Below, one piece after another: positions 26,679 through 32,000 of a stretch of DNA of 32,000 bases. Both the position numbers and the translations under genes were made by a program. The stretch spans positions 570,001 through 602,000 of the forward strand of contig LT962688.1 in assembly GCA_900234795.1 (NCBI GenBank), written 5' to 3'. Below the pieces are notes generated by a model. That model had not been told where the DNA came from. It made no database searches and saw only the letters and a list, made by a program, of their open reading frames with translations. How positions within the stretch are numbered: position 1 is the first letter of the stretch; each line of letters begins with the position of its first letter. Origin of the DNA: Methylorubrum extorquens (lineage in GTDB: Bacteria; Pseudomonadota; Alphaproteobacteria; Rhizobiales; Beijerinckiaceae).

Positions 26679-27046
26679 TGGAGATCGTGCTGTCGGCTGG
26701 AATCGGCGTCTTCGCCGCCTCCGGCGTGTGGCTGATGCTGCGCCCGCGCACCTTCCAGGTGGCGCTCGGGCTCTCGCTGCTGAGCTACGCCGTCAACCTG
26801 TTCATCTTCGCCATGGGCCGGCTCACCGTCGGCGCGCCGCCGGTGCTCGGGGCCGGGCCCGAGACCGTCTCGGTCGATGATCCGGTGCCGCAGGCGCTGG
26901 TGCTCACCGCCCTGGTGATCAGCTTCGCGCTTACCGCCCTTTTCCTCGTGGTGCTGCTCGCGGCCCGCGGCATCACCGGCAGCGATCACGTCGACGGCCG
27001 GGAGCCGCATCACGCCGAACCCACGCCGGAGAACCCGCATCCATGA
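26678..27046 (+). CDS. mrpC: Monovalent cation/H+ antiporter subunit C (NuoK-like)
   Basis: 122 aa with three TM segments. The ATG overlaps the mrpA stop (TAATG). Only this last part of track ORF 24266-27046 is coding. Confidence 0.85.
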   Translation: MEIVLSAGIGVFAASGVWLMLRPRTFQVALGLSLLSYAVNLFIFAMGRLTVGAPPVLGAGPETVSVDDPVPQALVLTALVISFALTALFLVVLLAARGITGSDHVDGREPHHAEPTPENPHP

Positions 27047-28728
27047 ACGCGCCCCTCCTGAGCGGCCCCGGCGCGGTCCTGTGGTCCGATCATCTCGTCG
27101 TCCTGCCGATCGTGCTGCCGATCGCCGCGGCCGGTGTCATGTTCCTGATGGACGAGCGGCGCCACCGCCTGAAGTCGGCGATCAGTCTCGCCACGGTGCT
27201 GGTGCTGCTCGGCATCGCCCTCGCTCTCGTCGGTCGGGCGGCCGAGGCGCCAGAGGTCTACCGCCTCGGCAACTGGGCCGCGCCCTACGGCATCGTGCTG
27301 GTGGCCGACCGGCTCTCGGCGGTGATGCTGACGCTGGCCGGCGTGCTGGGACTTGCCGCCCTCGTCTTCTCCTTCGCCCGCTGGGGCCGGGCCGGCCCGC
27401 GCTTCCACGGCCTGTTCCTGCTGCTGCTGATGGGGGTGAACGGCGCCTTCCTCACCGGTGACGTGTTCAACCTGTTCGTGTTCTTCGAGGTGATGCTGGC
27501 GGCCTCCTACGGCCTCGTCCTGCACGGCTCGGGCGAAACCCGCATCCGGGCGGGCCTCGGCTACATCGCCGTCAACCTCGTCGCCTCGCTGTTCTTCCTC
27601 ATCGGTGTCAGCCTGATCTACGGCACGATGGGCACGCTCAACATGGCCGACCTTGCCCGACGGCTCGCGAGCCCCCCGGCCGAGGCCGCCCTGTTCGAAG
27701 TCGGCTGCGCCGTGCTCGGCATCGCCTTCCTCATCAAGTGCAGCGCCTGGCCCCTCGGCTTCTGGCTGCCGACCACCTATTCCGCCGCCACCGCCCCCGC
27801 GGCGGCGATCCTGGCGATCCTGAGCAAAGTCGGCGTCTACGTCGTGATCCGCCTCAGCCTGCTCCTGTTCGGGGACGGCAGCTCGGCAGGGTTCGGCCAG
27901 AGCTGGATCCTCGTCACCGGCCTCGCGACCATCGCCTTCGGCACCTTCGGCATCCTGGCCGCGCGCCATCTGACGCGGGCGGCGGGCTACGCGGTGATGA
28001 TCTCGTCGGGCACGGTGCTCGCGGCGCTCGGCACCGGCAGCGCGGCGGCGCTGTCCGGCGCGCTCTACTACCTCGTCGGCTCGACCTGCGCGGCCGGCGC
28101 CCTGTTCCTGCTGGCCGAGATCCTGCAGCGCGCCCGCGACCCGGCGGACGCGGCGCAACCCGTCTTCGCCGACGAGTATCGCGATCCCTTCGACGATGCC
28201 GACGCCGTCGAGGTCGGCCGGGCGATCCCCGCGGCCGTGGCGATCCTCAGCAGCGGCTTCCTGCTCTGCACGCTGATGCTCGCCGGCATCCCGCCGCTCT
28301 CGGGCTTTGTCGGCAAGCTGGCGATGTTCTCGGGGCTGGCCTCCACCACCATGACCGCCTCGGCCTGGTGGCTGATCGCCGCGCTCACGCTCTCCAGCCT
28401 CGGCACCCTGATTCCCCTGGTGCGGCTCGGCATCTTCAGCCTGTGGGTGCCCCACGACGACCCGCCGCCGACGATGCGGACGCCGGAACTCGCAAGCCTC
28501 AGCGTCCTGCTCGCGGCCTGCGTCGCGCTCGCGCTGTGGGGCGGGCCGGCGCTCGCCTACAGCGAGGCCACCGTGCGCTGGCTGTCGCAGCCGCAGGACT
28601 ACGTCCGCGCCGTCCTTGATTCGGGCAAAGGTGAAGCGGGCAAGAGCAGCGCAGGCAAGGGCAGCGCAGGCAAGAGCGGCGTAGGCAACGGCGGCGCGGG
28701 CGAGGGTGCAGCGGGAGCAAGGCCATGA
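27043..28728 (+). CDS. mrpD: Monovalent cation/H+ antiporter subunit D (NuoN/NuoM-like) with a low-complexity Gly/Lys/Ser/Ala C-terminal tail
   Basis: 561 aa. ATGA overlap with mrpC. Motifs FNLFVFFEVMLAASY and KCSAWPLGFWLPTTYSAATAPAAAILA. Confidence 0.9.
   Translation: MNAPLLSGPGAVLWSDHLVVLPIVLPIAAAGVMFLMDERRHRLKSAISLATVLVLLGIALALVGRAAEAPEVYRLGNWAAPYGIVLVADRLSAVMLTLAGVLGLAALVFSFARWGRAGPRFHGLFLLLLMGVNGAFLTGDVFNLFVFFEVMLAASYGLVLHGSGETRIRAGLGYIAVNLVASLFFLIGVSLIYGTMGTLNMADLARRLASPPAEAALFEVGCAVLGIAFLIKCSAWPLGFWLPTTYSAATAPAAAILAILSKVGVYVVIRLSLLLFGDGSSAGFGQSWILVTGLATIAFGTFGILAARHLTRAAGYAVMISSGTVLAALGTGSAAALSGALYYLVGSTCAAGALFLLAEILQRARDPADAAQPVFADEYRDPFDDADAVEVGRAIPAAVAILSSGFLLCTLMLAGIPPLSGFVGKLAMFSGLASTTMTASAWWLIAALTLSSLGTLIPLVRLGIFSLWVPHDDPPPTMRTPELASLSVLLAACVALALWGGPALAYSEATVRWLSQPQDYVRAVLDSGKGEAGKSSAGKGSAGKSGVGNGGAGEGAAGARP
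28636..28710 (+). repeat. Degenerate 15-bp tandem repeat x5 encoding (A/V)G(K/N/E)xx pentapeptides in the MrpD tail
   Basis: gcgggcaagagcagc / gcaggcaagggcagc / gcaggcaagagcggc / gtaggcaacggcggc / gcgggcgagggtgca, read directly from the sequence. Confidence 0.75.
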
Positions 28729-29213
28729 ACGCGCTTCTGCCCCACCCCTTCCTCTCCGCCGGCCTCGTCCTGATGTGGCTGCTGCTGAACGCGCCGCCGA
28801 CGCCCGGCAACGTCGTGCTCGCGCTCCTCGTCGGGCTGACCGTGCCGGCGGTGATGCGGGCGCTGCGCCCCAGACCGGTGCAGGTCCGCCGCCCCGGTCT
28901 CGCCGTGCGGCTGCTGTTCACCGTCCTCTACGATATGCTGCGCTCCAACATCGACGTGGCCAAGATCATCCTCGGCCTGCATCGCGGCGAGCGGCGCACC
29001 GGCTTCGTCTCGGTCCCCCTCGACATGACGACGCCGTTCGGCCTGTCGGTGCTGTCGATCATCCTGACCGCCACGCCCGGCACCCTCTGGGTCCAGTACG
29101 ATTCCCATACCGGGCGCCTGCTGATGCACCTTCTCGACGACACCGACAGCGAGGGCTGGGTCCGCCGCGTCAAGGACCGCTACGAGCGCCCCCTGATGGA
29201 GATCTTCGCGTGA
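28725..29213 (+). CDS. mrpE: Monovalent cation/H+ antiporter subunit E
   Basis: 162 aa. ATGA overlap with mrpD. Position and size fit MrpE; ILTATPGTLWV is an MrpE-like segment. Confidence 0.85.
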   Translation: MNALLPHPFLSAGLVLMWLLLNAPPTPGNVVLALLVGLTVPAVMRALRPRPVQVRRPGLAVRLLFTVLYDMLRSNIDVAKIILGLHRGERRTGFVSVPLDMTTPFGLSVLSIILTATPGTLWVQYDSHTGRLLMHLLDDTDSEGWVRRVKDRYERPLMEIFA

Positions 29214-29494
29214 GCGCCGCCACCATCCTCGATTGGGGCCTCGGCCTCGCCCAAGGCATGCTGGTGCTGGCGATGGCGCTGGCCGCGTGGCGGATGCTGC
29301 GCGGCCCCCGCGCCCAGGACCGCATCCTCGGCCTCGACACGCTCTACCTCAACGGCATGCTGGCGATCGTCGTCCACGGCATGCGCACCGGCAGCGGACT
29401 CTATTTCGAGGGCGCGCTGATCCTCGGCATGATCGGCTTCACCGCCACCGTGGCGCTCGCCAAGTTCCTGATGCAGGGCGAGGTGATCCAGTGA
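29210..29494 (+). CDS. mrpF: Monovalent cation/H+ antiporter subunit F
   Basis: 94 aa from the GTG at 29210 (GTGA overlap with the mrpE stop). Three TM segments; RMLRGPRAQDRILGLDTL is typical of MrpF/PhaF. Confidence 0.8.
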   Translation: MSAATILDWGLGLAQGMLVLAMALAAWRMLRGPRAQDRILGLDTLYLNGMLAIVVHGMRTGSGLYFEGALILGMIGFTATVALAKFLMQGEVIQ

Positions 29495-29832
29495 CCGGCG
29501 CCGACCTGCCCGCCTGGGCGGCCTGGATCGTCGTGGCGCTGGCGCTCGGTGGCGCCGGCTTCTCGCTGACGGGCGCGCTCGGGCTCATCCGCCTGAAGAC
29601 CTTCTACGAGCGCGTCCACGCCCCGACGCTCGGGGCCACGCTCGGCGCCTTCCTGATCCTAGCCGGCTCGATGCTGCTGCTGTCGCTGATCGAGGGTCAC
29701 GTCGTCCTGCGCGACGTGCTGATCGGCCTGTTCATCACCATCACCACGCCGGTGACGATGCTGCTGCTCGCCCGCGCCGCCGCCCACCGCGACCGCACCG
29801 AGAAGAACCCGAAGGCCCCGCCCGAGCCGTGA
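29491..29832 (+). CDS. mrpG: Monovalent cation/H+ antiporter subunit G
   Basis: 113 aa from the GTG at 29491 (GTGA overlap with the mrpF stop). GLIRLKTFYERVHAPTLGATLG is typical of MrpG/PhaG. Confidence 0.8.
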   Translation: MTGADLPAWAAWIVVALALGGAGFSLTGALGLIRLKTFYERVHAPTLGATLGAFLILAGSMLLLSLIEGHVVLRDVLIGLFITITTPVTMLLLARAAAHRDRTEKNPKAPPEP

Positions 29833-29942
29833 TGCTTGTGGCCTGAGGGCCGGCGCCGGGCCCGCGCGTCGCAGCGGGTCGGGATCGAGGGGCGACGGCC
29901 GGCCGCTCTTGCCCTTCGTTGAGCTCGCGGCCGTGGCAGCCT

Positions 29943-32000
29943 ATGGATAGCCCCATGGAACTCCGAGCTTCAACTGAGCGATCCTTGGCTCCCGTAGCCC
30001 CCTTGGCTCCCGTGGCCCCCTTGGCTCCCGTGGCCCCCTTGGCTCCCGTGGCCCCCTTGGCCTGCAAACCGCCCCCCGGAACGGCTGCGCCGTTCCTGCC
30101 GATGAGCCGCGCCGAGATGACGGCGCTCGGGTGGGACGCCTGCGACATCGTGCTGGTGACCGGTGACGCCTATGTGGATCATCCCAGCTTCGGCATGGCG
30201 ATCATCGGCCGGCTGCTCGAAGCGCAGGGGTTCCGGGTCGGCATCATCGCGCAGCCCGACTGGCAGTCGGCGGAGCCGTTCAAGGCCCTGGGCAAGCCGC
30301 GTCTGTTCTTCGGCGTCACCGGCGGCAACCTCGATTCGATGGTGAACCGCTACACGGCGGACCGCCGCTTGCGCCACGACGACGCCTACACGGCCGGCGG
30401 GGAAGGTGGCCGGCGGCCGGACCGCTCAACAATCGTCTACACGCAGCGCTGCCGCGAGGCCTACAAGGACGTGCCGATCGTGCTCGGCGGCATCGAGGCC
30501 TCGCTGCGCCGTATCGCCCACTACGATTACTGGTCCGACAAGGTGCGCCGCTCGATCCTGGCGGACGCGAAAGCCGATCTGCTGCTCTACGGCAATGCCG
30601 AGCGCGCCGTGGTCGAGGTGGCAAACCGCCTCGCGGCCGGCGAGGCACCGCACGAGCTCGAGTCGGTCCGGGGCGTCGCCCTGTTCCGCCGCGTACCCGA
30701 GCATTACACCGAGCTGCCCGCCGACGATCTCGACTCGACAGACGAGGCCGCCGCCCGCCGGCCCGGCGACACCGTGATCCGGCTCCCCGCCTACGACGAG
30801 GTCAAGGACGACAAGGAAGCCTATGCCCGCGCCTCGCGCGTGCTGCACCGAGAGGCCAATCCCGGCAACGCGCGCCCGCTCGTCCAGCGCCACGGCGACC
30901 GCGACCTGTGGCTGAACCCGCCGCCGATCCCGCTGACCAGCGACGAGATGGATGCGGTCTACGACCTGCCCTATGCCCGCGCGCCCCACCCGTCCTACGG
31001 CGACGCGAAGATCCCCGCCTGGGACATGATCAAGTTCTCGGTGACGATCATGCGCGGCTGCTTCGGCGGCTGCACCTTCTGCTCCATCACCGAGCACGAG
31101 GGCCGCGTCATCCAGAACCGCTCGGAGGGCTCGATCCTGCGCGAGATCGAGCGGATCCGCGACAAGACGCCCGGCTTCACCGGCGTGATCTCGGATGTCG
31201 GCGGACCGACCGCCAACATGTACCGGATGGCCTGCAAGGACCCGAAGATCGAGGCGGCGTGCCGGCTGCCGTCCTGCGTCTTCCCGGACATCTGCCCCAA
31301 CCTGAACACCTCGCACGACGACCTGATCCGGCTCTATCGGAAGGTCCGCGAGGTGAAGGGCGTCAAGAAGGTGATGGTCGCCTCCGGCGTGCGCTATGAC
31401 CTCGCGGTCCGAAGCCCCGAATACGTCGAGGAGCTCGTGACCCACCATGTCGGCGGCCGTCTCAAGATCGCGCCCGAGCACACCGAGCGCGGCCCCCTCG
31501 ACCTGATGATGAAGCCGGGCATCGGCACCTACGACCGCTTCAAGGAGATGTTCGACGCCGCCGCCAAGAAGGCCGGCAAGAAATACTACCTGATCCCGTA
31601 TTTCATCGCGGCGCATCCGGGCACGACCGACGAGGACATGCTGAACCTCGCGCTCTGGCTCAAGAAGAACGACTACCGCGCCGACCAGGTCCAGACCTTC
31701 CTGCCCTCGCCCATGGCGACGGCCACGACCATGTATCACACCGAGATCAACCCGCTGCAGGGCGTGCGCCGCGGCGGCAGCGAGCCGGTCGCTGCGATCA
31801 AGGGCCTGCGGCAGCGCCGGCTGCACAAGGCGTTCCTGCGCTACCACGACCCCGAGAACTGGCCCCTGCTTCGCGAGGCGCTGCGCGACATGGGCCGCGC
31901 GGATCTCATCGGGCCGAGGCCGGACCAGCTCGTGCCGTTCTCGCAACCGCCGGGAACAGGCACAGGCGTGAGCAAGGGGCGAGGCCAGCCGCGCCCCATA
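29943..32000 (+). CDS. ygiQ: YgiQ-family radical SAM protein (UPF0313), 3'-truncated by the window edge
   Basis: - Absent from the ORF track because there is no stop codon before the window end. The frame is open from 29847.
- Motifs: [40 protein letters not shown] and [13 protein letters not shown] (CxxxCxxC at 31059-31082).
- Also [36 protein letters not shown].
- Start candidates are the ATGs at 29943, 29955 or 30102. The conserved APFLP immediately before the 30102 ATG argues for an upstream start. Confidence 0.9.
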   Translation, partial: MDSPMELRASTERSLAPVAPLAPVAPLAPVAPLAPVAPLACKPPPGTAAPFLPMSRAEMTALGWDACDIVLVTGDAYVDHPSFGMAIIGRLLEAQGFRVGIIAQPDWQSAEPFKALGKPRLFFGVTGGNLDSMVNRYTADRRLRHDDAYTAGGEGGRRPDRSTIVYTQRCREAYKDVPIVLGGIEASLRRIAHYDYWSDKVRRSILADAKADLLLYGNAERAVVEVANRLAAGEAPHELESVRGVALFRRVPEHYTELPADDLDSTDEAAARRPGDTVIRLPAYDEVKDDKEAYARASRVLHREANPGNARPLVQRHGDRDLWLNPPPIPLTSDEMDAVYDLPYARAPHPSYGDAKIPAWDMIKFSVTIMRGCFGGCTFCSITEHEGRVIQNRSEGSILREIERIRDKTPGFTGVISDVGGPTANMYRMACKDPKIEAACRLPSCVFPDICPNLNTSHDDLIRLYRKVREVKGVKKVMVASGVRYDLAVRSPEYVEELVTHHVGGRLKIAPEHTERGPLDLMMKPGIGTYDRFKEMFDAAAKKAGKKYYLIPYFIAAHPGTTDEDMLNLALWLKKNDYRADQVQTFLPSPMATATTMYHTEINPLQGVRRGGSEPVAAIKGLRQRRLHKAFLRYHDPENWPLLREALRDMGRADLIGPRPDQLVPFSQPPGTGTGVSKGRGQPRPI
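29983..30062 (+). repeat. 18-bp tandem repeat x4.4 (ccttggctcccgt[a/g]gccc)
   Basis: Read directly. The four full copies differ at a single base (gta versus gtg). In the ygiQ frame the repeat reads (LAPVAP)x4 followed by LA. Confidence 0.95.

Noticed and set aside
29983-30062. Whether the 18-bp repeats could be a CRISPR array, or a collagen-like/Gly-rich gene on the minus strand (GATGAK or GGHGSQ readings).
   Set aside because: The copies are directly abutting with no spacers and are too short for CRISPR repeats. The minus-strand ORFs (29741-30148, 29970-30377) are antisense to ygiQ and otherwise low-complexity.

Overview
High-GC (about 70%), strongly GC3-biased chromosomal DNA, typical of a Rhizobiales alphaproteobacterium; Methylobacterium/Methylorubrum-like is an inference from composition and gene content only. 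I read about 27 genes and found no rRNA, tRNA, CRISPR array, transposase or integrase.

Gene order:
- End of the dcw cell-wall cluster (mraY partial, murD), which stops abruptly after murD.
- A convergent KefB/KefC-type CPA2 K+ efflux gene.
- Two membrane hypotheticals followed by a MoxR-type AAA+ ATPase with no vWA partner.
- A translationally coupled aldo/keto reductase and SixA-like histidine phosphatase pair.
- A 406-aa hypothetical.
- A compact two-gene NRPS locus: C-A-T, then C-T-TE.
- A 55-aa single-TM peptide gene in the most AT-rich patch of the window.
- A convergent five-gene nucleotide-sugar/glycosyltransferase operon: sugar dehydrogenase, SDR epimerase-like, Fcl, GT26 WecG/TagA-like, GT4.
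- A 1.1-kb non-coding stretch containing a 73-aa ORF.
- A six-gene group-2 Mrp/Pha cation:proton antiporter operon (fused mrpAB, then C, D, E, F, G) with every junction overlapping.
- A 3'-truncated YgiQ-family radical SAM gene that the ORF track misses because it runs off the window edge.

The most interesting locus is the NRPS pair:
- Its single A domain carries the glycine code DILQLGLIWK.
- The terminal module has no A domain.
- The thioesterase has Cys where the Ser nucleophile normally sits (GFCRSG versus GWSxGG).
- It abuts a small glycan operon that has no flippase or polymerase.

Secondary oddities:
- In-frame tandem repeats in the ygiQ N-terminal region (18 bp x4.4) and the mrpD C-terminal tail (15 bp x5, degenerate).
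- Two tandem microduplications that include stop codons, at the kefB-like 3' end (16 bp x3) and the sixA-like 3' end (14 bp x2).

Many long ORFs in the track are antisense or off-frame artefacts of the high GC content and were rejected.
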